DNA from: Candidatus Woesearchaeota archaeon
GTDB taxonomy: Archaea; Nanobdellota; Nanobdellia; Pacearchaeales; UBA284
DNA length: 55,918 nucleotides
Direction: 5' to 3'
Assembly (NCBI GenBank): GCA_964599615.1
Contig: CAZRGF010000006.1
Location: forward strand, 1 to 55,918
Every line of letters begins with the position of its first letter. Position 1 is the first letter of the stretch. The notes below the pieces were generated by a model, which did not search any database, had not been told where the DNA came from, and saw nothing but the letters and a program-made list of their open reading frames with translations. Both the position numbers and the translations under genes were made by a program. Shown piece after piece: positions 1-10,527 of this stretch.

Positions 1-492
1 GCTCTTGATTGGAATTCAAGACAGCAAGCTTCGATGATAAGAAAAGAGCAAGAAGTAAAACAAAGAACCCAGATGAGAGAAGTTATCAAGATTACGAAGT
101 TTTCTGATGAAATTTATCCACCTTGCATCAAGAAAATCCTTGAAGGCATGAAACATGATGGAAGAAAAAGAGCATTATTTGTTCTTTTGGGATATTTTAG
201 GAATATTGGCATGGAGTCAGCAGATATAGAGACCAAGTTGCTAGAATGGAATAAGAAAAACTATCAACCATTGAGAGAGAATTATATCAAGACACAGGTT
301 AATTGGTTCAAGAGACAGGAAAAAAGACTTCCTCCTAATTGTGCTTTGCAAGCTTATTATCAAGACATGGGAGTTTGCATGCCCGATGCTTTATGCAGGA
401 AGATAAAAAATCCTGTCAATTATACAATGGTCAAAGCAAGAAGTTTGCAGAATCCAAAACCTTTCAGAAAAAAAAAGAGGGAAGAAGATTAA
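1..492 (+). CDS. priL: DNA primase large subunit, C-terminal Fe-S domain (5'-partial)
   Basis: YPPCIKKIL, RKRALFVL, PPNC..C...C.KIKNPVNY motifs; frame is open from base 1. Confidence 0.85.
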   Translation, partial: ALDWNSRQQASMIRKEQEVKQRTQMREVIKITKFSDEIYPPCIKKILEGMKHDGRKRALFVLLGYFRNIGMESADIETKLLEWNKKNYQPLRENYIKTQVNWFKRQEKRLPPNCALQAYYQDMGVCMPDALCRKIKNPVNYTMVKARSLQNPKPFRKKKREED

Positions 493-532
493 TAAACAAA
501 TTATATTTTGGTATCTGTAAAAAAAGAGAAAG

Positions 533-1144
533 ATGAGAACAAAAAGAAAGCCGAAATATATCTCTGAAGTAAAACAAATAGCAAGACAAGTAGACTTTGA
601 TCCTCATAAAAAAGATTTGAGGGATTTGGTTGAACTTCCCCTTAGGAAAGCGTGTGAAAGGCTTTATGACTTGAATGTCCCATGTTTCAGTTCTTCTGCT
701 AACACAGAAAATGTCAAATTTGGAAAGACCGTAGAGGTTGCAATACAGTATGATAAACTTTCAGATAATAATAAAAAGATTGCAGATGCTCTTGTTCGCG
801 AGCGATATGCCAAATTAGGGTCAGCCCATGGGGAAGGGCATCAATTTCTTACTGTAATCATTCCGATAATGGGAAATTCAACTGTGAGGTATGCTGAAAA
901 AGAAGCAATGAAAATCGTGAATAGATTTGAAAAGCAAGATCTTACTTGGGCTAAAAGATATACCCCCGATGAATTTGTCAAGATAAGCGGTTACGAGACG
1001 TTGAAAGGACTTTCTCCCGAAGATATGGCTAAGCAAGGAGACGCATTTTATGACAAAAATTCGGGATTAATATATATGGACAAAGAACATTATAAAAAAG
1101 CCTTAAGATATGAGAAGCGGGCAAAAAAAAGAGGGGGAAGATAA
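533..1144 (+). CDS. Hypothetical protein
   Basis: 203-aa ORF, no recognised motif. Confidence 0.6.
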   Translation: MRTKRKPKYISEVKQIARQVDFDPHKKDLRDLVELPLRKACERLYDLNVPCFSSSANTENVKFGKTVEVAIQYDKLSDNNKKIADALVRERYAKLGSAHGEGHQFLTVIIPIMGNSTVRYAEKEAMKIVNRFEKQDLTWAKRYTPDEFVKISGYETLKGLSPEDMAKQGDAFYDKNSGLIYMDKEHYKKALRYEKRAKKRGGR

Positions 1145-1202
1145 TTTAAAATACTTTTTGCGATAACGAAAGTATTTTAAATATCATAATTTTACTATCA
1201 TT

Positions 1203-3716
1203 ATGAAAAAAGGGTATGTGTTTGTTTTATTTGCTATTATAATCAGTATTTTAATTATAAATTCTATACAAACTGCGTTGTCTTATGAAACAGAAGAAAC
1301 TGCGATTCCTCAAGCATATAAATGGCTTATTAATCATACTAAAAACAAATGGGATTCATTGACTATAAAGCAAGATTCTTTCTCTTTGCTAGCCTTGAGT
1401 TGCAATTCAACTTATTCTAAACAAGGGAATAAATCTTTGCTTAATCTAAGTTATTACAGCTCAAATTCTAGTTCTGGCAAAATAAGATGCTGGAAAGAAT
1501 CTGGCAAAGCAACTTCTTCTAGCCAGTGTAAATTAGTTGAGACTTCTTTAGCTAAATTAGCTTTAAATGAACTCGGGGGAAACACCAGCGCAGTAGACAC
1601 TTGGCTTTTATCAAATAAAAGAGTTTTTACAACCGGCATCTATTGGTTTTTGCAGATAGATATTGCAAGAGGAAAAGAAGCTTATTGTGAAGTAATGTAT
1701 TCAAATCAGATGCAAAATGTAAGCATTCATGCTGACAAAACAGTTTCAATCAATGGCGTGATTACACCGAATGCCTGTGTTGAAAGCGTTTTCAGAAATT
1801 ATTGGTTTAAATTAAAACAAAGTGAGGAATGTTACGGGAATGAATATCTTATCAAATGTTTTGGAAATGAGTCTACCGCAGACCCTGTAACTGCTAATTT
1901 ATTATACCGAAATAATACAAATGACCCTAGAACAAGTTTCTTTGTTTCTTCTGAAATTTCTCAAGGGACATTAGGGTTCATCAATCAACTTGGCGAGGAA
2001 GAACAAACCCCCGGGATAATGGAATTAAACACACCAAGTTATTGTTTAGCAAATCCTTCTGATCCTGCAGGAACCTGCGATTATGAGGGAACTGCATGGG
2101 CAACATATGTCTGGAACAAAGAGGGCAAAGAAGAAAATGTCAATTTATTCCTGCCTTATTTAATTGTTTATTCTAGTTTTAATGAAAAATATTTCCCTGA
2201 AACTTTTTTATCTACTCTTGTCGGAAGCGAATACACTGAAGAAATCTTAAAAGAAGAACAAAGATTAAGAAAACCTCAGTCTAATGATTATTGGAGTTTC
2301 TGGTTAAATCAACCCTTATTATATGGGCAGTTCTATGACACTCCTTTAGCTGTCTTGTCTTTAGGAACAAGTGTTTCCAATGTTTCTGAAAATAAAGATT
2401 ATTTGTTAGGACATATTGCAAGAGATTATTCTTGGGTCAATACTTTTGATGCAGCTCCAAATCCCAATACACATAGGGACACAGCATTTATACTCTGGGT
2501 TTTCTGGCCAAATTATTGCCCGGGATTCGAGGAGGGTCCAGTAGAGCCCAATGATTGCGAAGCTCAGGGGATTTTTTATAAATGCAAGGAATCTTGTGAT
2601 GCAAATGAAATACCATGGAGCATATTCTCATGTCCTGATTATCTAACCTGTTGTTCAAATGTTACTGGCGGAAATCAGGATGAGTGTCTTGCTAAAGGCG
2701 GAGAATGCTTGAATGAAATAACTTGCCCTGGGGGTTATGGGCAGTTCAATGATGTAACTTCTTGTTCTGATGGAGGGATATGCTGCAAGGAATTTGGTTT
2801 AAGTCATTGTGATGATTGGCAAGGGGGAAATATCTGCGAAATAGGATTTTCATGTCCAGCAGGTCAATCTAAGGATACATTAGATGGGGCGTGCTGTTTA
2901 AGTCAATGCACTGAAGATCAATTCCAAGGTGCTTGCAATTATGATATCTGCGGAATAGATGAGCTATGTTGGAATTATAATACTCAAGGCCAAGTTGATT
3001 TTATCCCTTCTCTAGAAGAAAGGTGCTGTCCTTCATTTTGTGTTAAAGACCGTGATTGTAAAAATGTCGGAGAGGACTGTTCTGCACTTGGGCCAGAGTA
3101 TAATTGTGTTGATTCTAGTGGGGGTTTAGGGCAAACACAAACAACAAAAGATAATGAAGAATGTTGTTTGGATGATTGCAAAAAAGGATGTGTTGCTTCG
3201 CAAATTTGTGATTTAGGTCAAACCTGCGAAAATGGTCAATGGGATCTTGGTTCAATTGAACCAACATGCTGTTTAAGCAAATGCAAGAATAAATCATCTA
3301 GTTCATGGATATGGATAATAATTCTTATTGTAATAGTAATCATTGGAGTTTTAGCTTATTTCTTTTTCTTCAAAAAGAAAAAAGAAGGAGAGGAAATAGA
3401 CGAATTCACTGGGCTGCCTAAAGAAGATTCAAAATCGGGAAAAGGAAAAGATGATTTTGATATGGCTGCTTTTAGTGCATTTCCCAAACAAAATCAAGGA
3501 CAAAAAAGTCAATTTCCTCAAAAAAACCAACAGAGAAATGCTCCAAAGCCAATGTCTTTTAATAAACCAGCAATAAAGCCAGTTTCTACTACAAAACGTA
3601 CAACTACTGTGAAGGAAACAACTATTAACAAAGAGACAAGTTCAGGAAAAACAAAAGCTGAACAAGAATTAGAAGCAACTCTTGGCAAGTTAAAGAATTT
3701 GACTAAGAAGAAATAA
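1203..3716 (+). CDS. Large secreted Cys-rich membrane-anchored surface protein
   Basis: N-terminal signal peptide, many C..CC modules, C-terminal TM (WIWIIILIVIVIIGVLAYFFFF) plus KKKK and a cytoplasmic tail. Confidence 0.8.
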   Translation: MKKGYVFVLFAIIISILIINSIQTALSYETEETAIPQAYKWLINHTKNKWDSLTIKQDSFSLLALSCNSTYSKQGNKSLLNLSYYSSNSSSGKIRCWKESGKATSSSQCKLVETSLAKLALNELGGNTSAVDTWLLSNKRVFTTGIYWFLQIDIARGKEAYCEVMYSNQMQNVSIHADKTVSINGVITPNACVESVFRNYWFKLKQSEECYGNEYLIKCFGNESTADPVTANLLYRNNTNDPRTSFFVSSEISQGTLGFINQLGEEEQTPGIMELNTPSYCLANPSDPAGTCDYEGTAWATYVWNKEGKEENVNLFLPYLIVYSSFNEKYFPETFLSTLVGSEYTEEILKEEQRLRKPQSNDYWSFWLNQPLLYGQFYDTPLAVLSLGTSVSNVSENKDYLLGHIARDYSWVNTFDAAPNPNTHRDTAFILWVFWPNYCPGFEEGPVEPNDCEAQGIFYKCKESCDANEIPWSIFSCPDYLTCCSNVTGGNQDECLAKGGECLNEITCPGGYGQFNDVTSCSDGGICCKEFGLSHCDDWQGGNICEIGFSCPAGQSKDTLDGACCLSQCTEDQFQGACNYDICGIDELCWNYNTQGQVDFIPSLEERCCPSFCVKDRDCKNVGEDCSALGPEYNCVDSSGGLGQTQTTKDNEECCLDDCKKGCVASQICDLGQTCENGQWDLGSIEPTCCLSKCKNKSSSSWIWIIILIVIVIIGVLAYFFFFKKKKEGEEIDEFTGLPKEDSKSGKGKDDFDMAAFSAFPKQNQGQKSQFPQKNQQRNAPKPMSFNKPAIKPVSTTKRTTTVKETTINKETSSGKTKAEQELEATLGKLKNLTKKK
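3645..3716 (+). repeat. 72-bp exact direct repeat, copy 1
   Basis: GGAAAAACAAAAGCTG...GACTAAGAAGAAATAA identical to 4050-4121; it is the 3' end of the 837-aa gene. Confidence 0.95.
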
Positions 3717-3718
3717 AA

Positions 3719-4066
3719 ATGGAATCAAAAATAGGGTTTATATTAACATTGATTGGGGGAATTTTATTGATGATTGGAGGAATTTTTGAAATATTTCTAC
3801 CGTATATTGGAAATTATATGTTAGACAAAGGATGGGCGAGTGGCGAATCTTTTGGCCAAGTTGGAACCACAATACTTTTAATAATGGGAATTTTTTATAT
3901 AGTTGTTAGCTTATTTATAATTATTGCCGGATTTATGATAAAAAATCCAGAAAAAGCAAAAGTTGGCGGCATTTTAGCATTGGTTTTAGGAATAATCAGT
4001 CTTAATGTTTTTGCAGTAATCGGGGGCATTATTGGAATTATTGATGCTGGGAAAAACAAAAGCTGA
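3719..4066 (+). CDS. Small membrane protein, DUF4064-like
   Basis: Three hydrophobic Gly-rich helices; stop codon lies within repeat copy 2. Confidence 0.7.
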   Translation: MESKIGFILTLIGGILLMIGGIFEIFLPYIGNYMLDKGWASGESFGQVGTTILLIMGIFYIVVSLFIIIAGFMIKNPEKAKVGGILALVLGIISLNVFAVIGGIIGIIDAGKNKS

Positions 4067-4121
4067 ACAAGAATTAGAAGCAACTCTTGGCAAGTTAAAG
4101 AATTTGACTAAGAAGAAATAA
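4050..4121 (+). repeat. 72-bp exact direct repeat, copy 2
   Basis: Identical to 3645-3716. Confidence 0.95.
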
Positions 4122-4161
4122 TGATCTGAATATTTAAGAAAATAGATGAAAGGAGGTTTAA

Positions 4162-4740
4162 ATGAAAATTTTAAAAAAGAAGAAAAAACACTTGAATTTA
4201 GACAGACATCATATTGAAAAGAGACATGACAGAAGATTTTTAGGAATTTTCTTGATGTTTGTGGTAATTGCTGTTTTTATTGGTTTTGTGCTTGCTTTCA
4301 CAATAAAGTCTTCAATTACTGGGGGAAGCATTTTCGGTATTGACTGGATTTGGGCTAAACCAACAACTGAAAGTGCTGGAGCATCTATGGGCGGGGCAGC
4401 AACAGGATCTTCTGCATCAAGATGCATTGACAGTGATGGCGGAATAAAACCATACAAGCAAGGAACTGTAAGATACAATGGAAAAACTTATACTGACTTT
4501 TGCTGGGAAAATGGGACAAATGTACCAAATTCCAAATATGTTTCAGCAGAATTTTACTGTTGGAATAACGTGGCAGATAGGTCTTTGATGTATTGTCCTT
4601 CAGGATGTTCTAATGGAGCATGTGTGAATGTAACCCAGGTTAAACCCGGTTTCAGCGATGATACCCCCGGGTATCAATTAGATGAAATGAAAGATTTATG
4701 CATGAATGCGGGCTCTAAATGTGAAAACAGCATGAATTAA
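4162..4740 (+). CDS. Membrane-anchored exported protein with Cys-rich CxDSDGG module
   Basis: GGAGGT SD; basic N-terminus plus TM; CIDSDGG...YTDFC...CPSGCSNGAC; paralogous N-terminus with 7508-8023. Confidence 0.75.
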   Translation: MKILKKKKKHLNLDRHHIEKRHDRRFLGIFLMFVVIAVFIGFVLAFTIKSSITGGSIFGIDWIWAKPTTESAGASMGGAATGSSASRCIDSDGGIKPYKQGTVRYNGKTYTDFCWENGTNVPNSKYVSAEFYCWNNVADRSLMYCPSGCSNGACVNVTQVKPGFSDDTPGYQLDEMKDLCMNAGSKCENSMN

Positions 4741-4813
4741 TTATTTTTTAATTTTTTAATTTTCTTTCTTTTTTCCCAGTAAGATTTATTAATCTCGTTT
4801 TTCTTTGATATCC

Positions 4814-7261
4814 ATGAAAAAAGGGAAGTTTGTAAGTGTATTTATTTTTACAACCTTATTAATGGTTTTATTGACTAGCTTAGCTCAGGCATGTGTTACA
4901 TTAAACCAGTACAAGACAGAATTCTTGCCAGGAGAGACAATGCAGGTTGAGATAAATGTAGATTATGGGAAAACACTTTCAAGAGATATTTATAATAGTG
5001 ACTTGTTTTTGTATAATTCTCAGGGAAATCTTGTCCAAGGAAGTTACTTTGTCCTCAAGATATCAAATACAAAATATTTTGCATGGTTCGATGTTCCCAA
5101 TTATGGGAATTACAAGCTTAAAGTAAGGGCTGTTTGCGGGTCAAGTTTCTATTCTGAAACAGCGTTCGATGTGAATAAATTGAAAAGCACGTATTATGGC
5201 AGCCTGAAGGATTCTGCTTCAGGAAAATGGAAGTATTTAACTTTAGAAGAGAATTCAATGGTTGCAGGAGCATTGTCTTATGATGAGCAGCTTAATGAGG
5301 AAGCTTTAACTGCTTATTTTTCAAGGCAAGATTCGTGTATTAATACTAATTGTTCTAGTAAAGATGCTGCTTTAGCAATGATCGCTTTCAGGGATTTTTC
5401 AACTAGAAGCCAGATAAAAAATCTTGTCAATGCTTACCAAAATGGTTTAAATGGAAACTGGAAAATTGAATTTAATGCAAGCGACTCTTCAGATTGCCAG
5501 TTGAATTATAGCAACAATTCGCAGACAATAAGCCTTTTTCCAGGATTAACTAGCTTTGATCTGGATTTTTCAGAGGTTAATGGTTCAGAAGTCGTGATTT
5601 CAGATAATTGCAATGCGATTTCCAGAAAATTAATTTTTTCTTATAAAACTTTTGTCAAGAATTATAGCATAGCTAATAATTTTGCTTTGCAAGATGTAGG
5701 ATGTTGGGGTACTAATCTTAAGAGTGCATGTGACGGGGAATCAACTGCTTATAATCTATTTGCTTTAAAATTAGCTGGTTTTGGGATCAATAGTCAAGAA
5801 CAATCTATTTCATGGCTTGAGGACAATGCAGAGGATATAGATGAAATAGCGATATTGTACTTATTCACAAAAGACCAGAACAGATTAAATCAAGTCTTAT
5901 CAAGTCAGACTTACAGCGGGGCATGGCAAAAGAAAGGAACGAATGACATCAGGGCAAGTGTTATCAATTATTATGTCTTAAATCAAGTTGTAAACAAGAC
6001 AAATAATGTTTTTGAAGCAATAGACAAAGCCAAAGATTATCTTGAGAAATCATTAGACAGTTCAAATCTGGCTGAGAAAGCATATATCCTATATTTTGTC
6101 TTTCCGAATATAGAACCTGTGATGAGCATATGGCCGGGAGTTGTCAAGGTAAAATCCCAAGAAAGTTTCAATTTGATTTTGCAGAATAAGGGTGTAGAAG
6201 ACATAAATGCAGAAATCACTTTTCTTAATTCAACTTCAAATGTGAATCTCGCAAAAAATAGCATGAAAAATCTAGAAATTCATGTTCCTAGAATAGAGAC
6301 CGAAGATGCAGGAGCAATAAGTGAACCGATTATCATCAATTACCAGAATTCTATCCTGAATTCTGTTTCAAGAAGTTATAGCCTTCCGGTAATCATTTTC
6401 ACTTTTAAGGGAACAAACAGTTATTATTGGAATTATACTATAAACCAAACCCCCATAAATGATACTAGCGGTATAATTAATGATACTCTGAATAATCCTT
6501 CAATCAATGAAACAGCGAATCTAAGCGATAGCTTGATTCAAAAAAATTTTTACTTTGATCCATTGAACATAAACAAAACTTTTTTGACGAGCGAAACCAT
6601 CAGGTTCAGCGCTGAATTAAAGAATTCTTTTTCAGGTCCAATAACAGACCTTAGACTAGAAAAATCAGCAAGCATCAATTATCTTGTTGTTGAACCTTCA
6701 AGTCTTGATGAATTGGGAGCAGGAGGAGGAAAGACAATTAATTTTTATGCTGATCCCAAAGATTTTGGGACAAAAGTAGAAGGAACAGTTATTGCTAAAG
6801 GAACTTATAATGGGCAGGATATTTCCACTGTTCTTGAATTGAATTTTGAATCAAGTATATCTGAACCAACATTAAAGCTGTGCTCTGAAATAAATGGGAA
6901 GAAATGCACTGAAAACCAAGTATGCAAAGAAGGAAATACAACAAGAGCTTCGGATACTAATTCATGTTGTTTAAGTTCTTGTGGAAATACCACTACAGGC
7001 CCTAGCGGAAAATTGATTGCGGTCATCATTGTTGTTGTGGTTATCCTGATTTTAGTGGGAGTTTTATTATATTTAAGAAGAAAACCAAAGAAGGATATGA
7101 AAGACTTTATTGAGGAAGTTTCAAAAGAAAAACAACCGGGATATGACGCCGACTTTTCAGACTTTCAAGGACCAAGTCGCGGAGAGAAGGTCCAGTCCAA
7201 AGAATTTAAAGCTGAATTTGGAGAAGAAGATTTCAGCGACGCGGGTTTCAAAACTCCCTGA
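4814..7261 (+). CDS. Large secreted membrane-anchored surface protein (paralog-like to 1203-3716)
   Basis: Signal peptide from ATG 4814, many N-x-S/T sequons, Cys module, C-terminal TM plus RRKPKK. Confidence 0.8.
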   Translation: MKKGKFVSVFIFTTLLMVLLTSLAQACVTLNQYKTEFLPGETMQVEINVDYGKTLSRDIYNSDLFLYNSQGNLVQGSYFVLKISNTKYFAWFDVPNYGNYKLKVRAVCGSSFYSETAFDVNKLKSTYYGSLKDSASGKWKYLTLEENSMVAGALSYDEQLNEEALTAYFSRQDSCINTNCSSKDAALAMIAFRDFSTRSQIKNLVNAYQNGLNGNWKIEFNASDSSDCQLNYSNNSQTISLFPGLTSFDLDFSEVNGSEVVISDNCNAISRKLIFSYKTFVKNYSIANNFALQDVGCWGTNLKSACDGESTAYNLFALKLAGFGINSQEQSISWLEDNAEDIDEIAILYLFTKDQNRLNQVLSSQTYSGAWQKKGTNDIRASVINYYVLNQVVNKTNNVFEAIDKAKDYLEKSLDSSNLAEKAYILYFVFPNIEPVMSIWPGVVKVKSQESFNLILQNKGVEDINAEITFLNSTSNVNLAKNSMKNLEIHVPRIETEDAGAISEPIIINYQNSILNSVSRSYSLPVIIFTFKGTNSYYWNYTINQTPINDTSGIINDTLNNPSINETANLSDSLIQKNFYFDPLNINKTFLTSETIRFSAELKNSFSGPITDLRLEKSASINYLVVEPSSLDELGAGGGKTINFYADPKDFGTKVEGTVIAKGTYNGQDISTVLELNFESSISEPTLKLCSEINGKKCTENQVCKEGNTTRASDTNSCCLSSCGNTTTGPSGKLIAVIIVVVVILILVGVLLYLRRKPKKDMKDFIEEVSKEKQPGYDADFSDFQGPSRGEKVQSKEFKAEFGEEDFSDAGFKTP

Positions 7262-7507
7262 TTACTAAAACTATATTAAATAAGAAAGATATAATTGATA
7301 GTAGTGTTGGGCGATTGTTTAAAGGAAAACAAAAACAAGGATAAACTTACACATACAGGCTTGAGATGTATTTAATAATAAATTTAGGTAATTGTCAAGA
7401 AAAAACGAAAAATTAGCAAACAATAAAATTGAGATTATAACACATACAGCAAATTATAATTAAACATAATTAAAAAATTTTAGAAAATAGTTTGAAAGGA
7501 GGTTTAA

Positions 7508-8023
7508 ATGAATTTAGATAAACATCATATTGAGAAGAGACATAACAAGAGATTTCTTGGGACGTTCTTCATGTTTTCAGTATTTGCTGTTGCAATGGGA
7601 GTATTTTTGACTCTTGTTTGGATGAATATGAATGAAAGCACTTCTACAGCAAGCAATACAAACATAGAAAGTGCTGGAGCATCTTTAGGCGGAACAACAC
7701 TAACTGGAACAGTAACTTATCAAGGTGTTTTGAATATGATGAATAGATGTTTAATCTTTTCTGGGAATACAACAAACACTACCTGTAATGACATTTGTAA
7801 AAAGAATTTTGGAACATGTACTGCAGCATATGTGGTTAATATAAGTCTTGTATACCCCGATATGCCAGTTTCATGTGGTTTTTCTACATTTAAGGCTGGG
7901 CAGAGATTATTCTGTAACTGTTGTTCAACACTCGGAAATGAAGCAAAAATGGATGAACATGCTCCTACATCAACAGAAATTGATTGTTTTGTTTATGGAA
8001 TTCCTGGTTGTAATTTGACTTAA
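7508..8023 (+). CDS. Membrane-anchored exported Cys-rich protein
   Basis: GAAAGGAGGTTTAAATG start context; NLDKHHIEKRH leader, TM and ESAGASLGG shared with 4162-4740. Confidence 0.75.
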   Translation: MNLDKHHIEKRHNKRFLGTFFMFSVFAVAMGVFLTLVWMNMNESTSTASNTNIESAGASLGGTTLTGTVTYQGVLNMMNRCLIFSGNTTNTTCNDICKKNFGTCTAAYVVNISLVYPDMPVSCGFSTFKAGQRLFCNCCSTLGNEAKMDEHAPTSTEIDCFVYGIPGCNLT

Positions 8024-8028
8024 TTTTT

Positions 8029-8628
8029 TTATTTTTTTTCTTCAGAAACAGTAGAGCTGGTTTTTCCTTTAATTTCCTGCAATTTTCTAAACAAAACATC
8101 TTTTTCAAATAAAATCTTTTTTGCAGCAATATCTCTGCTGTGCAAATTATTTGCTAATTCGTTCACAAGAAGATTATAGTCTTGTATCTTCATCTTTATC
8201 TCATCTGGTTCGAGTATTTCTATGCTTGTTGGCATATAATCAAAGATAATCTGAATCAATCTCTTGAAATTTTCTATAAGAAGTTCAGTTTCTGCAAAAG
8301 TTGTAAATAATTCTTGAGTATCCTGGTAGTTAGTTGATTTATTGAAAGATTTTGAGATAATCAAGACATTAGGCTCTTTTTCAAGTTCTTTTAAAAGCAT
8401 TTCCATTATCTGTTCTATGTAATCTGCGGGTTTTCCAACAACTTCAAAAATAAAGTGACATTTGAGGTAGCCTTTAGAAAGTTTTTCTTTTATTTCTTCT
8501 TGTTTTTCTTTTTCTGATTTTTCTTTTGGTTCTTTTGTTTCTTCTTTCTTGTCTTTGTTTTCTAGATTTTCTTCTTTAACTTCTTCTTTGTTCTCTTCTT
8601 TCTTTTCTTTTTTCTTTTTGCCAAACAT
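8029..8628 (-). CDS. Conserved archaeal hypothetical protein
   Basis: Lys/Glu-rich N-terminus, FEVVGKP and DYMPTSIEILEP motifs; TATA 29 nt before ATG 8628. Confidence 0.7.
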   Translation of the reverse strand: MFGKKKKEKKEENKEEVKEENLENKDKKEETKEPKEKSEKEKQEEIKEKLSKGYLKCHFIFEVVGKPADYIEQIMEMLLKELEKEPNVLIISKSFNKSTNYQDTQELFTTFAETELLIENFKRLIQIIFDYMPTSIEILEPDEIKMKIQDYNLLVNELANNLHSRDIAAKKILFEKDVLFRKLQEIKGKTSSTVSEEKK

Positions 8629-8891
8629 AATTTGCAATAGTTTGAGGGGTTTTTAAATGTTAATAGAATATGTAGATGTATCTTATGTGGTTAAGTATCT
8701 AACCATTTTTGGTTCAAGGAGATTGTGAATAAAAATAAGGGGCTTACACCTATGGACAAAAAAACAGAATTATCCCCCTACCTTTTTTATGATGATAATT
8801 AGAATTTGTGTTTAATAACACGTATTAATGGTTTCATTGAAACCAAATTTTCAAAATTTGCGCTTCGCTTTTTATTAATAACTTCACAGGA

Positions 8892-10376
8892 TTATCTAGC
8901 TCTTTTTATAATCGCTATAAGTACCAAGATTAAAATCAATCCCGATAGAACATAAAATAGAATTTTCATAAATGAGAAACTTGAAGTCTCGAATGTTCCT
9001 AGTGCATAGCCTGTAATTTGGTCTGAAGAGTATGTCCTAGAGGGCATCAATGATTTCTGAATATATGCTTCTGGATTTTCTTCAGCTTGGGCCTGGTTTG
9101 ATGCTGGACTTGTAATTGAGCTTGAAATTATGTTTGAAGTTTCGTAGCAAGACATGAGGTATATTTTTTCAGAGTCTTTTTCACCCAAGCCTTCTACAAT
9201 TATTTCATAGTTGCCTGATTTATTCAAACAATCCAAGGTTATTTCAAAAGTGGGGACATATTCTTTAAATTTTGTTCTTACGTGATATGCTATCTTATCG
9301 CTTACTAATTTTTCATTTTCATCCTGGACATAAGAATATATTGCGTATTTTCCAGTGTCCCCCTTGTAAATTTTAGCTTCGATTTCGATTGTTGAACCGA
9401 ATTTTGCTTTGTCTGGAGAATCTTTTATTCTTATGCTAGAATCTGGGTCGTTTTCTTCATTTGTTTGATTGTTTGTTTCATGACTATTGTTGTTTTCTCC
9501 TATTGTGCCGTTTAATATTGTTACATTCGATAGATTAGATTCAAAGGTTGTTGTTGAATTTCTTATCTTGATTTGAACTGTTGCGTTTCCTATAAAAAAA
9601 TCATCTGAGTCTATTATCGAGATGATTTCTATTGAAAGGTTTGAATTATTTGTATAGGTAAAATTTTCAATCCAAGAATTTTTATCACTCCAACCATCTA
9701 TTGTCCAAAAACGATTTAGGTATTTGGTGTTGTTCTTTATATCTATTTTCAAATCATAGAATCCATATGTAAAGTTTATCAGATTTAGGTTTATAGTAAA
9801 ATTTGTCTTATTATTATAAACTTCTGCGGGAAAATCCACTGAAATTAATGGTTTATAGGTTTCATTTGATTGGTTTTGTTCTTGATAATTGGATAAACAA
9901 GGGGTTGGCTCTTTAGCAATGAAGAAATTATTTATTAATTGTATACTTTCTCTTTCTTCTGCAATATCCGAATAATTGAGATAATCTTCTAAAGAGATTA
10001 GATTCCAGAGCCAAATTTCATCTCCAGAGTTTGATAGTCCTAGATTGCCTTTTTGTATCTGGCAAGAGCAGTTCCACTTTTCCAGAAAATTGGGGACATT
10101 ATCTGCTATAATTAAAAAAGAGAATGGCTTGATGGCGATATTTAAGGTAGTGTTCGAACTTCCTTTATCTTTTAAGATCCATCCAGTAAGATTTATTGTT
10201 TCATTATTTTGGTTATAGAGTTCAATCCATTCCCCGTTTGTGTCACCGCCTTGTAAATCATTAGGATTATAGAGAACTTCGTTGATAATCACTGCTTGAG
10301 AAACGTTCATTGACGCTATAAAAAACAATGCAACAAAAAATAAGGTTATAACTATTAGGGAAAAACCTCTTTTCAT
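8892..10376 (-). CDS. Lamin tail domain (LTD) surface protein
   Basis: VIINEVLYNP..EWIELYN..INLTGWILKD; signal peptide and C-terminal TM. Confidence 0.85.
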   Translation of the reverse strand: MKRGFSLIVITLFFVALFFIASMNVSQAVIINEVLYNPNDLQGGDTNGEWIELYNQNNETINLTGWILKDKGSSNTTLNIAIKPFSFLIIADNVPNFLEKWNCSCQIQKGNLGLSNSGDEIWLWNLISLEDYLNYSDIAEERESIQLINNFFIAKEPTPCLSNYQEQNQSNETYKPLISVDFPAEVYNNKTNFTINLNLINFTYGFYDLKIDIKNNTKYLNRFWTIDGWSDKNSWIENFTYTNNSNLSIEIISIIDSDDFFIGNATVQIKIRNSTTTFESNLSNVTILNGTIGENNNSHETNNQTNEENDPDSSIRIKDSPDKAKFGSTIEIEAKIYKGDTGKYAIYSYVQDENEKLVSDKIAYHVRTKFKEYVPTFEITLDCLNKSGNYEIIVEGLGEKDSEKIYLMSCYETSNIISSSITSPASNQAQAEENPEAYIQKSLMPSRTYSSDQITGYALGTFETSSFSFMKILFYVLSGLILILVLIAIIKRAR

Positions 10377-10527
10377 AGAAATAATAGAATTATGAATTTT
10401 TTAAATATTTCTCAAATGTGGAGTTTATTTTTAGTATTGTGTTACTCCTTTATAGTGTATACAGACAAAAGGTTTATAAACTTCAGGGCCCTATATACTA
10501 AGGGTAAACTAACTCTTTATAGATAAA

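Noticed and set aside
3645-4121. 72-bp repeat as a DGR template/variable pair
   Set aside because: Copies are identical (no adenine-specific differences) and there is no reverse transcriptase in the window.
8686-8860. Several short hairpins in a long spacer
   Set aside because: Short AT-rich stems lacking the CACAACGTTGTG core; not distinguishable from chance.
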